A stretch of DNA of 64,000 nucleotides from Candidatus Heimdallarchaeota archaeon (GTDB lineage: Archaea; Asgardarchaeota; Heimdallarchaeia; Hodarchaeales; Hodarchaeaceae). This document shows, in pieces, positions 17,594-27,403 of the stretch. Location of the stretch: positions 4,561,414 to 4,625,413 of the forward strand of contig CP070695.1 in NCBI GenBank assembly GCA_020353515.1, given 5' to 3'. The notes under the pieces are model-generated. The model made no database searches. It saw nothing but the letters and a program-made list of their open reading frames with translations, and was not told the DNA's origin. The position numbers and the translations under genes are program-made. Within the stretch, counting starts at the first letter, position 1, and every line of letters starts with the position of its first letter.

Positions 17594-19909
17594 TCATCTA
17601 TAAACGAGGTAATAATCAAAATACTCCAGAGCTTTATAACGGTAGTCATGTTCCAGCTTTGGATGGGCTTTCAAAGTCACAAGAAATTCTACTTTGTTAA
17701 GTTTATAGATTAATGCAGCTATAGCATCTAAGGTAGTTATTGAATCTTGATAATCTGTTTCTAAGCGAGCTTTTGAAAGGGAGGAAGAAGCTTCCATTTT
17801 TCGTCTTGCCCATTCTTTTCCTTGCGGAATGAACTTTTTGACAAGAGAAACCATCTTTTTGTGAAGTTCGTTTCTTGGGTTGAACAGAGGAACAGGCATA
17901 CTATCTATAATGTACTGATTGATATTTATTCCATAACAAAGCTGGCGGATTCTAAACTCAAATGGTACAGAACACATAATCCCTGCTAAATAGAACTCTA
18001 CGTTTGTAATACTGGGAAAATTATAGATACAAATTACACTATTCGAAATAACGGATTTAGGAGGTAAAATAGCTATTCGCATACGTCTACGTCGGTGATT
18101 TCCAGAAAAATTCTTCCATACGATGATTGTTTGATCCCAAAACGAGATCTTCTGCTTATATTCTTCAAATGACCGAATCCAATAACGGGGATAGGTGTCA
18201 TCAAATCCTAACCTCACTAAATGACGCCCTTCTATAAGAGGAAAAGGGGTGACATCATTAACTAGAAGATTACGATCATTGGTCATATCCACCCCTCGTG
18301 AAGTTTTACATCCCCATTTATCAGAAGAAAGAGAGGGAAATTTAGTTATCTTCTTTATTATCTTCAATTCGTGTTGATTTCGTACAGCTGGAACGATAGA
18401 CATTGGTGAAACTTTAAGAATTTCCTCTTGTGCAAAAAAAATAAGATTATTCGTACTTTCAGCCAAATCTTTCACTTTAATCTTAGTTAGGGTCTCAGTT
18501 GATGAAATTCCTTTAATAAACGGGAATTCTTCACCTGGAGCCTTCTTTTGAGCTAGAATGATGAGAATACTGAGACCAGCCTCTGCATCTGGGAACATTT
18601 CTTTGTTAGAGATGATTTCAATCACCAAATGAAGATAGAGTTTTGTTAACAAAACTCGACGTAAGGGTTGACTATAGAATTCACCCAACAGTCCTCCGGG
18701 AAGAATGACGCCCAAAAAACCGTTATCGCAACAAAGATTGAAAAAACGCTCAAAAAAAAGCTTAAATAGGTTTTTCTCTCCAGGTTGCCATTGAAAATAT
18801 AAATTAAAATATTCTGTAGTGTTTTTGTAAAATCCTTTTAATTTCAGATAATTAGAATAAGATTCTTTGTCGTTTTTTCGAATAGTAGTAATCTGTTGCG
18901 CATAATCAGCTTTACCAAGGGCAGTAGATCCTAACCACTCCCGATCATAAAGTTTCCATTTATCCCAAGGAGGATTTCCAATGACTGCTGTGAAACCATA
19001 TTCTTTAGAGAAGAAAACTTCTGGAAATTCAATTTCCCAGAGAAACGAAACCCGTTTTCGATCTAAAGTATCTTCATATAAAAATGAAAATAATAGCTTT
19101 GATACGACTTCATTAAATATCTTGTTTTTTAGTAAAGCTTTTTGTTTTTCATTTCTTTTTGATAATTCGGTTAGTTCTCCTTTCAGTGCTTCATTCCAAT
19201 GGATTTTTTGCATTTGTTTTCGCTGGGAAAGGAGAATGTTGATTTCTAAAGAGTTTTGGGAAAATAATTCATCTTTCGCTTTAATAATCATTCGGATGGG
19301 AGAAATTAATGAGTTTCCAACTCTCAGATTAAAGTGAATAGCGATTTCAGCTAACTTCCTTACTTTTGGGTTAATAATCTTATTTATGATTTTTAAACGA
19401 GCCTGTTTTACAATCTCTGGATCAAGATCCACCCCATAAATCATCGATCTAATAATATGAAATTTCCAAATATCTAATGTTAACTGGTCTCTTTTTCCTA
19501 CCAATGAAAAATCCAATGACAATTTTTGTTGGAAATAAGTTGTTATAAATGTTAGATAAGAAGATAAATGAGTGTAATCCCACAGTTCACTTAAAAATCC
19601 TTCAAAATAACAAATAACAGCAACTAAGAATACGCCATCTCCCATTGCTGGATCCACAAAACGTAACTTTAGTACCCTATCCAACAGCTCCTGAACAGTG
19701 GAGTAATCGATTATCTCTCCAAATGAATGCCACGGCTTCCAAAAACACTCTAAGAGTATAGACTCACATAGTTCACGGACTATTTGGTTTGCTATAGAGG
19801 GATGAGTAAAAAATTGACCATGCTGTTTTTTTTTAACAATAAGCGAGTCTTTGTAAAGCATTTGAAATTCCTGTGAATTGTTATTGAGATTAGTCTTTTG
19901 CTTTTTCAA
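17594..19909 (-). CDS. N6-adenine DNA methyltransferase (Eco57I-like, NPPW)
   Basis: GQFFTH, FVDPAMGDG, IYGVDLD, NLRVGNSL, FLWEIEFPEVF, VIGNPPW. Confidence 0.9.
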   Translation of the reverse strand: MKKQKTNLNNNSQEFQMLYKDSLIVKKKQHGQFFTHPSIANQIVRELCESILLECFWKPWHSFGEIIDYSTVQELLDRVLKLRFVDPAMGDGVFLVAVICYFEGFLSELWDYTHLSSYLTFITTYFQQKLSLDFSLVGKRDQLTLDIWKFHIIRSMIYGVDLDPEIVKQARLKIINKIINPKVRKLAEIAIHFNLRVGNSLISPIRMIIKAKDELFSQNSLEINILLSQRKQMQKIHWNEALKGELTELSKRNEKQKALLKNKIFNEVVSKLLFSFLYEDTLDRKRVSFLWEIEFPEVFFSKEYGFTAVIGNPPWDKWKLYDREWLGSTALGKADYAQQITTIRKNDKESYSNYLKLKGFYKNTTEYFNLYFQWQPGEKNLFKLFFERFFNLCCDNGFLGVILPGGLLGEFYSQPLRRVLLTKLYLHLVIEIISNKEMFPDAEAGLSILIILAQKKAPGEEFPFIKGISSTETLTKIKVKDLAESTNNLIFFAQEEILKVSPMSIVPAVRNQHELKIIKKITKFPSLSSDKWGCKTSRGVDMTNDRNLLVNDVTPFPLIEGRHLVRLGFDDTYPRYWIRSFEEYKQKISFWDQTIIVWKNFSGNHRRRRMRIAILPPKSVISNSVICIYNFPSITNVEFYLAGIMCSVPFEFRIRQLCYGININQYIIDSMPVPLFNPRNELHKKMVSLVKKFIPQGKEWARRKMEASSSLSKARLETDYQDSITTLDAIAALIYKLNKVEFLVTLKAHPKLEHDYRYKALEYFDYYLVYR

Positions 19910-22478
19910 TACGCATTTTTACTAAATTTTTCAATTCGTTAAATAAACTATCGATAAGTATCGGTGAAAGTAAAAGCAAATTAGCTATCAAATCATTGAT
20001 CAGTTTTTTTATTTCTTTTGGCCTTCCATGGATTAGAGAATAAGGAGAATATTCTAGAAGTTGTAAGAAAGAGTGATTAACATCCTGTGAATGTGACTCT
20101 TTTAAGAATTCGTAACTAGGAACTTTGAGTAACTCATACTCATAAACTTTTATATCTAAACCACCCTCACCTAAATTGCTACGTCCTAGAAGTTCTATCT
20201 GTAAAGTAGTAACAAAAGAATTAAGAAATAAGAAATAAAATGGAAATAAGTCAGTTTCCTGAATAAATTTGATGCCATATAAACGTGCATCAAAATAGAA
20301 ATGATGTGGATTATAGAAAAAAGGAAACCGATCATTGATTGTCATAAGACAAAGAAGATTGAATGATTTATATTCTTTTGATGGTAAACTATACCATTTC
20401 CTTCGTGAACTGCAGGTTGGCCTATGGTTAAATTTTTTTCCTATGGCTGGGATCCATTCTTCTCCCCAACGAATGTATTCTTGAATACCTGATTTTAGTG
20501 CATTATCCGAAGCTTGGTTTGGTATTAAGATAACAACATATTTTATATCTTGCTCCCGTATTTTGTAAGTTCTGAGATCACGAGGGGATTTAATTAAGTA
20601 GTTAGGAATCCAATGTGATCCATCAACATCTGTAAAGAAATATTGCCACGAAATTTGTTCAGAGATGTCATCAATCTGATGCATCCAATATTCTTTTTCA
20701 ATGAAGAACATTGGTTCACTTTTATGAAATCCTTGAGCCTTAAACTCTTTAATAGTGACTTCATCTTTTAGATACAGCATTAATTGTCCTGTTTTCGCGT
20801 CCCAATCAGATGTGAAGAATGTATTTGTCTCACCTGGTTTACCTACATAAAAAAACTCGTTTGCACCACTTGTGAACCCTCTCCGTACGCAAGCAATTTC
20901 ACCCAACTTAATTAATTTATTTTCAAGCTTTTCCATCAGATTAAAGTAATCATATGGAGCCCGAAAAAATATACTCCATTTAGATTTTACATACAAGTCT
21001 TTATGTTCAATAGAAACAACTCGAATCTCTGGTGATGAAGTTTTTAGGTTGAAAAAATCAAAATTAGCTAGTTGTTCAAGATCTGCTTTTTTACCAATTG
21101 ATACAAAGTTTACCAAACTTTTATCTTTATTTATATCCTGAAAGGTCTTTTCTTCCTTTCTTTTAAGCTTCAAAATAGCTGTGTTAACATCTACATCTGA
21201 AATTAACTTCTTTAATCTACTACTGACTATTGATTCGATCATATAATTATTTAAAATGAAATTTTGGAACGATTTGCCATAATCAACATCCATCCACGAA
21301 TTTGGGATTATTAAACCAACACTATCTCCTTCTCTCAAAAAGTTGGTTGCATGAATTAAAAAATAAATATATAATCCAGATCTCCCTGAAATTGGATTTC
21401 TAGCAGGGATCTGCCTTTGTGAAATATTATTGAGATCTTCTTCTATTTTTCTTTTTAAAAACTCTTTGTAATCTAAAGATATCTGCTCATGCCGCGTGTA
21501 AGGAGGATTCATAAGAATTGTTGTCGTTCCTGAATCCTTTCTAGGAAACTCCAGTGAATCCTCATTGCAGTCAAAAAAATCATCTTTAATAAGCCTCCAA
21601 TCAATAGAAGATATTGATTTTGATAAAAGGAAGAACTGGACTGCACTTTCAGTAATATCTGCCAAAAGAGGATCTTTTTCAATACCTATCAATTCAATTC
21701 GATTATTAAGGGTGATTTTGCACTCCAACATTACTTGCAGTGCACCTAAAAGAAAAACCCCCGTTCCACACGCAGGATCAATAACTCTCTTGGTTTTTTT
21801 TGTGATATTCTGTTTACTAATAAAATTTGCAACTTGTATTGGAGTGAAAATTTGACCTTGTGATTGTTTATGTCCCTCTGGTATTCCTATATCGAAAATA
21901 TAGGGCAATATTAATTGATTTTTTCCTCTTGTTTCTCCCTTAATTTTTAGAATCAACTCAATAGATAGACTACAACACTCCCAGTTCATAAAAAGAAGGT
22001 AGAGTAGTTTATTGAAATGAAATTCATTTTTCATAATGGGAATCATAGACTCTTGTTCAGTTTTAACTTCCCAAAGATTTTCTATCATACTAATAAACTG
22101 ATTTTGAGCCTCTCTTGAATCAATTTCTCCCTTCTTATGAGTAGAGACTAAGTAAGAGATGTGTTGCAGAAAAATCCTAAGGTTATTACTATAATCTTCC
22201 TTTTGAAAAGAGACCAACAGTTTATCATAAAAAAGGGTAATTAATATCTTGGATAGGGGTTTGACAAACGCTGTTATTTTATTTTCCCATTCGATCCATG
22301 AAATCTCATGTAATACCGCTTTAATCCTTTCTTGAAGCCGAGAATCTTGAGTGAGCTGGCTTTGAATGTTATTCTCCACTAATATGCATATAGATCGAAG
22401 AAAGTCAAGAAAATAATGAGGAGAACTCTTTTCAATTGATTTCATTTCTTCAAATCTCCTGGTTGTATGTTTTTTCAC
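19890..22478 (-). CDS. N6-adenine-type DNA methyltransferase with C-terminal TRD
   Basis: GQIFTP, VIDPACGTG, LMNPPY, IIPNSWMDVDYG, VRRGFTSGANEFFY. Confidence 0.9.
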   Translation of the reverse strand: MKKHTTRRFEEMKSIEKSSPHYFLDFLRSICILVENNIQSQLTQDSRLQERIKAVLHEISWIEWENKITAFVKPLSKILITLFYDKLLVSFQKEDYSNNLRIFLQHISYLVSTHKKGEIDSREAQNQFISMIENLWEVKTEQESMIPIMKNEFHFNKLLYLLFMNWECCSLSIELILKIKGETRGKNQLILPYIFDIGIPEGHKQSQGQIFTPIQVANFISKQNITKKTKRVIDPACGTGVFLLGALQVMLECKITLNNRIELIGIEKDPLLADITESAVQFFLLSKSISSIDWRLIKDDFFDCNEDSLEFPRKDSGTTTILMNPPYTRHEQISLDYKEFLKRKIEEDLNNISQRQIPARNPISGRSGLYIYFLIHATNFLREGDSVGLIIPNSWMDVDYGKSFQNFILNNYMIESIVSSRLKKLISDVDVNTAILKLKRKEEKTFQDINKDKSLVNFVSIGKKADLEQLANFDFFNLKTSSPEIRVVSIEHKDLYVKSKWSIFFRAPYDYFNLMEKLENKLIKLGEIACVRRGFTSGANEFFYVGKPGETNTFFTSDWDAKTGQLMLYLKDEVTIKEFKAQGFHKSEPMFFIEKEYWMHQIDDISEQISWQYFFTDVDGSHWIPNYLIKSPRDLRTYKIREQDIKYVVILIPNQASDNALKSGIQEYIRWGEEWIPAIGKKFNHRPTCSSRRKWYSLPSKEYKSFNLLCLMTINDRFPFFYNPHHFYFDARLYGIKFIQETDLFPFYFLFLNSFVTTLQIELLGRSNLGEGGLDIKVYEYELLKVPSYEFLKESHSQDVNHSFLQLLEYSPYSLIHGRPKEIKKLINDLIANLLLLSPILIDSLFNELKNLVKMRIEKAKD

Positions 22479-22490
22479 GACTCACCTGTT

Positions 22491-23243
22491 TTAAGAAGAA
22501 AAAAATGAATCTAGTGGAGTAATTTTTGGAACCTTGCGATCGTAGTATTCGCAAATCTCAACCATTGGACAAATTGGACATTTTGGTTTTTGAGCAATGC
22601 AAATTGTAGCCCCTAGATCTAATATACTTTGATTAACTGTCCAAACATTCTTTCCATTCTCTATCATAGCTTCAGAAAGCTTCCAAATCTCTTTTTCAAA
22701 TTTTGCGTTTTTCTCCCAATCCCACAAACCAAAAATTCTAGCTAAAACTCTCTCTACATTAACATCTACTATTGCAGCAGTTTTTTCAAAAGCAAAACTA
22801 AGAATTGCTCCCGCAGTATAACGTCCTATTCCTTTTAGAGCTAAGAGCTCATCTAGGTTGGAGGGAAATTGGCCTTTTTTCTCATAAAAGATTTGTTTAG
22901 CAATTTCATGTAAGTATTCCCCTCTTCGCTTGTACCCCAGTTCATCAGTAATCTTCTTTACATCTTGAATTGAAGACTTAGCCAATGTCTGAATGGTTGG
23001 GAATCGCTTCAAAAATTTGCTATAAATGGGGATTACAATATCTACATTCGTTTGTTGAAGCATTATTTCACTTACAAGAATCTTGTACGGATCACGAGTT
23101 CTTCGCCATGGTAAATCACGACCGTTTTGTTCAAACCATGCAACTAATGCTTTAGAAAAAAAGGCCAAACGGTCATCTCGTGTAGTTTCACCTAATACTT
23201 GTTCTTTCCTAGATAATCTTTGACCCTTCTTCTTATCAACCAT
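22491..23243 (-). CDS. mutY: A/G-specific adenine glycosylase, short MutY (HhH-GPD with [4Fe-4S] FCL motif)
   Basis: RDLPWR, SEIMLQQT, HhH LKGIGRYTAGAI, VDVNVERV, CIAQKPKCPICPMVEIC. No C-terminal Nudix-like domain. Confidence 0.88.
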   Translation of the reverse strand: MVDKKKGQRLSRKEQVLGETTRDDRLAFFSKALVAWFEQNGRDLPWRRTRDPYKILVSEIMLQQTNVDIVIPIYSKFLKRFPTIQTLAKSSIQDVKKITDELGYKRRGEYLHEIAKQIFYEKKGQFPSNLDELLALKGIGRYTAGAILSFAFEKTAAIVDVNVERVLARIFGLWDWEKNAKFEKEIWKLSEAMIENGKNVWTVNQSILDLGATICIAQKPKCPICPMVEICEYYDRKVPKITPLDSFFSS

Positions 23244-23358
23244 CTTATTTTGTGCAAATTAATCGGTGTATTTTAGATTTTCAGGTTAAAAAACACATTA
23301 GATTTAGGAGAGACTACAAGATTATATCAGCTTTTAAAGATAGAATTATGAAAAGAAT

Positions 23359-23843
23359 TCAGTAATAACTTCTAATTCGGTGATCAGACTCAATATAATT
23401 CTTCTTTGCCTCTTGATCTTGTGGATTCACCTTGAGAACCTTTGAAAAACAAAACTTTTCTCCCAGTTTTTCATTTGAAAATACAATTGGCCTAACTTCT
23501 TCCTTGCAACCATCGAATTTGAATCAATCTTTAGAGCTTGCTGGAAATATGCTTCAGCACTAAAGTAATCACCTGTTTTAGCCATTCGTGAAGCTTTCTG
23601 AATAATTTCAATTGTTTCAGGTGTTCCTAGCTCAGATCCTTCATCACTCAGAGGTGAAGAGCAATATGGACACTGAACAAGCCCAACCATACTAAGGCTT
23701 TCAAAGCAACCTATACAGATAAATCGGGCACATTCAGAACATTTAACTCTTTCAGTAATACGACTTTTAGTCTTTGCACAGAGAGAACAAAAAAAGGGTT
23801 CTTTATTGATTAAAGATACAGATTTATTCAGAAAAACCACCAA
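23359..23843 (-). pseudogene. RING/zinc-finger plus TPR protein, frameshifted near 23450
   Basis: Four CxxC pairs (CSLC, CSEC, CIGC, CPYC), then TPR. The track ORF stops at 23427, but another frame continues CFSKVLKVNPQDQEAKKNY...YY* to 23359, completing the second TPR. Confidence 0.7.
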
Positions 23844-24173
23844 AAGTTCATGATAGGTACTAAGTAGAATTTAGTATTATTTTAAATTTATCATCCCCAA
23901 CCTTGTTTTCCGAAAACCGCTGAATTTAATTTTATGTCAGAATTCATTTTCCAATTTGGGAATTATAGTTGTGTAATTTTATTTAGAAGGTTAATAGCTT
24001 TTTCTGTGGAAATGAGTCAATACTTTAATTTATTGAATAATAAAATCTCCTATGACTAATAATTAATATACTCTGTATAAACTCTTAGGACAACACGTTA
24101 GTTTTGAAGAGATGCCTAATTATCATCATTAAATTCGTTAAATTAAGAGAAGAGTAAGTAAAGGTCGTTATTC

Positions 24174-25823
24174 GTGATTTTGCCTGGAATAAGATATTAT
24201 AGAAAAAAAATATCATTTCAAGCGCTAATATTACTTCTTTTAATCTCAGTATCTTTTTTTAGTTATATAACTTCTTTCGGTCACTTTAAAACAAAGTTGA
24301 GAGTAATTAACACAATTGAACCCCAGTTTGAAAAAGGACATATTACGGGACAAACAGAGATTAAGATACCAAGGAGAACTGTACAAGCAGCAGACTTCGT
24401 AATAAGCATATATCAAGAGGATGATGCATTTAATGGTTATAATCTTTTTGTGGTTGATCCAAAAAGTTCTGATCAAAGTAAATGTAATAATACCTTACTT
24501 ATTACGGATATGGCTGGAAAAATTATCAAAAAAAGGAATGTTGGCTATGGTTCTGGCACTGTTTTTGCAGAATTCATAAACTCAACCACGATCCTTATGG
24601 GGGAGCCTTCTGGAGCTGTATTATGGGATATTTATACAAATGCAAGTCTTTCGACAGGCGCGAGAGGACATCATGAATATGAATATAATCCAAACAATAA
24701 TACCATTTTCACTTTCAATCTCTACAACATAGAAATTGAGGGAGTATCTTATAGATTCGATTACATCAATGAATATAATTTAACAGGGCATCTAGTTTGG
24801 TCTCTGGATACAAGGTCGTTCATTTCTCATACTCAATGGTGCCCATTCCAAGACATGGTTGGTAAGGATAGGGGGATTACTCATTCTAATACATTTTTTT
24901 TTGATTCAGAAGAAGATATTTTTTATTATAATCCTCGGAATCTAAACACCTTCTATAAGATTGATCATAAGACCAGTGAGGTCATTTGGGGATTGGGGCA
25001 ATATGGAGACTTTACTCTCTATGATATCAAAGGTAACAAGAGACAAAGTCTCTTCTTTCATCCTCATGCTATAGAGAAAATCGATGATAACAAGTTCATC
25101 CTTTTTGATAATGATAAGCATAACTTTGGGGATCCTTCAAGTTCTAAATCTCGGATTGTTGAATTGGAAATTGATGAATCAACCATGACCGCCAATGAAT
25201 CGTGGGTTTGGGTAGCACCTAATAGCTATTACAGCCACGCGTTAGGAGATGCGGACAGACTCCCTAATGGTAACCGACTTGGAACATTTGGAACTTCATC
25301 GCATCCTGATTCAAGTCTTGGGGCAAGATTAGTAGAGGTTAATAATCAGGGGAAAATCGTATGGGAGCTGAATTTCCCACATACAGAGAAATATACTCAT
25401 GAAGTCAACCGAATGGAACGAATATGCTTCTCCCCAGTACTTAGTTCCCCTCCAGATGTGAAAACTTTTCCTAATGATAATATATCAGTCACATGGCAAA
25501 CATGGTATAATTTTCGTGCAAAAAGAAAGATGAATGGCTTTTACTCCCTATTTCTTGATGGGGAACTGATCGAAGAAGGGAAACATGTCTTTGAGAAATT
25601 TTGGAAACCAACAGATTTAACTTTTGATCTAGGGAAATTAAATCTAGGAACATACAATCTTCTTATAGAAGTTGAAGATGAGGGAGAACATGTAACAACG
25701 GATGAAATTATAATCTATGTTGATTATCATGAATCCACATCAACTATTGCGATTAGTACGAACAGTATTTTACTTGGATTAGTAATTCTAATAATTTGGA
25801 GAAAAAGAGCAGCAAAAAAGTAA
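24174..25823 (+). CDS. Arylsulfotransferase (ASST)-family beta-propeller, secreted/membrane-anchored
   Basis: N-terminal TM; GHHEY, THSN, HPHA, LFDN, GDADRLPNGNRL motifs; Ig-like segment; C-terminal TM with basic tail. Confidence 0.85.
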   Translation: MILPGIRYYRKKISFQALILLLLISVSFFSYITSFGHFKTKLRVINTIEPQFEKGHITGQTEIKIPRRTVQAADFVISIYQEDDAFNGYNLFVVDPKSSDQSKCNNTLLITDMAGKIIKKRNVGYGSGTVFAEFINSTTILMGEPSGAVLWDIYTNASLSTGARGHHEYEYNPNNNTIFTFNLYNIEIEGVSYRFDYINEYNLTGHLVWSLDTRSFISHTQWCPFQDMVGKDRGITHSNTFFFDSEEDIFYYNPRNLNTFYKIDHKTSEVIWGLGQYGDFTLYDIKGNKRQSLFFHPHAIEKIDDNKFILFDNDKHNFGDPSSSKSRIVELEIDESTMTANESWVWVAPNSYYSHALGDADRLPNGNRLGTFGTSSHPDSSLGARLVEVNNQGKIVWELNFPHTEKYTHEVNRMERICFSPVLSSPPDVKTFPNDNISVTWQTWYNFRAKRKMNGFYSLFLDGELIEEGKHVFEKFWKPTDLTFDLGKLNLGTYNLLIEVEDEGEHVTTDEIIIYVDYHESTSTIAISTNSILLGLVILIIWRKRAAKK

Positions 25824-25887
25824 TGAAAAGAATTCTTAAAAATATGAAACAAGCTGTTTGTATTAAATTAAGAGGATGAGTGGTTAA

Positions 25888-26712
25888 ATGAGTAAGGAGA
25901 AAGAAAGTACTACGAAAAAACTAGGTCGATTTTTGGGTAAAAAAGTTGTTGATGCTGGACATATTATCGATAGAGAAATTAGAAAGGCAGGGAAAACAGC
26001 TAGGGATGAATTCAAAGAATTTGATATTACTAATGTTACCGTTGAGCCCCCGAAGAAACCTAAAGGAGAATCCATTGTTCATTTTACTCGGCGTGCTCGT
26101 CCGACGAAAACCTATACTCAAGCAAACCGTACTGTTCAATTTTTTTCACGAAATCCAGAAAAAAAGGAGATGAATCCTGGTATTGATGGATTGGTGAGCT
26201 TTTCGATTCTTATTGTTCCTTTTGCGGTTCTCATTGGGGCCTTAATCATTATGGGGCTACTTGATGAACCCTTAGCTATTATATTATTAATCCTCTATGC
26301 AATCCTGATAGCTATTCCGGGAGCTTATCTTGGACTCGACGCTATATTTGATGGAGCTCGAGCCGTCATTAAAGGAGGGACAACGACCCTAATTGCGATC
26401 TTTCGGGGCTTTATTGAATTTATTTCGTTGATGATTCAAGGAATAGCAGAATTATGTCTACTGCTATTGAATGGGTTATTCGGATTTGCTAAGGGTGCAT
26501 TTGATACTTTAGCTGATTATGTAGTCTTTATTGGTGTTTACACTTTGTTTGCGGTTGGGATCTACTTTTTACTTCAGGTTATAGAAATAAATCAGATCAC
26601 CAACTCTTTTATCATTCTAGGATTCTTAGTTTTGCTACCAGCTCTTCTACCTGCAAGCATCGCTCACCGCTATTGGCTTCTTTGGAGATTAAATCGCCAA
26701 ACTGCATCTTAG
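25888..26712 (+). CDS. Hypothetical membrane protein
   Basis: Basic soluble N-terminus, then about 4-5 hydrophobic helices. Confidence 0.75.
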   Translation: MSKEKESTTKKLGRFLGKKVVDAGHIIDREIRKAGKTARDEFKEFDITNVTVEPPKKPKGESIVHFTRRARPTKTYTQANRTVQFFSRNPEKKEMNPGIDGLVSFSILIVPFAVLIGALIIMGLLDEPLAIILLILYAILIAIPGAYLGLDAIFDGARAVIKGGTTTLIAIFRGFIEFISLMIQGIAELCLLLLNGLFGFAKGAFDTLADYVVFIGVYTLFAVGIYFLLQVIEINQITNSFIILGFLVLLPALLPASIAHRYWLLWRLNRQTAS

Positions 26713-26754
26713 CAAAACAAATAATGTAATAAATCTGAATCTACTTCAAATCCT

Positions 26755-27252
26755 TTGGTCACGTCTATCTATCAGGAGTTTTTCAATGTGGATAATACAT
26801 CATTAGATGATATTGACTTAACAATAATTCGTGAACTAAGTAAGAATGGAAAGGAATCGTATGAAAAAATAGCTAGTGAGTGTGGGGTCAGTGCACAGAC
26901 TATTTCAGACCGTGTAAAAAAACTTCGGAATAAGAACATAATAACGAGATTCACTATTGATGTAGATCCTGTAAAAGTGAACTATCCAATTGAATTTATC
27001 TGTGAATTGGATATTAACGCGAGCGTAATGGACGATGTGCTTGCAGTACTAGAAGAAATTGATGAAATACATATTATTAAGATTACCACAGGGATCCATG
27101 ATATCTTGTGTATTGGAAATGCTCAGAATATAGAGAATCTACATACTATTGTTGAAAGAAAGATATCCACAATTCCTGGTGTCAATAAAACTTATACTTC
27201 TATCACTTTGAAAAAGATCAAACATAACCAAATCTTAAATTTTAACACCTAA
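26755..27252 (+). CDS. Lrp/AsnC family transcriptional regulator
   Basis: LDDIDLTIIRELSKNGKESYEKIA...GVSAQTISDRVKKL HTH; RAM domain TTGIHDI...IPGVNKTYTSI. Confidence 0.93.
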   Translation: MVTSIYQEFFNVDNTSLDDIDLTIIRELSKNGKESYEKIASECGVSAQTISDRVKKLRNKNIITRFTIDVDPVKVNYPIEFICELDINASVMDDVLAVLEEIDEIHIIKITTGIHDILCIGNAQNIENLHTIVERKISTIPGVNKTYTSITLKKIKHNQILNFNT

Positions 27253-27403
27253 TTAATGAACTATTTAACTTTAGAGCTAAACAAATCACCGTTTTTAGTC
27301 AAAAAATTAATTGTTACTTGAATTGATTCGAAATTTACCAGATTAGTCAAATTTAAAAAATCAAAAGATTTATCATTTGAAAAATATAAGGAAAGATAAG
27401 AAA

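Noticed and set aside
12368-22478. MTase cluster as an integrated prophage/ICE or a complete BREX/DISARM system
   Set aside because: No integrase, att-like repeats, pglZ, brxL, helicase or structural genes are visible around it.
22491-23243. Possible T:G mismatch glycosylase (MIG) serving the methyltransferases
   Set aside because: It has the MutY-type LQQT motif rather than MIG-type LRRT, and the neighbouring MTases are amino-MTases (NPP[Y/F/W]), not C5-cytosine MTases.
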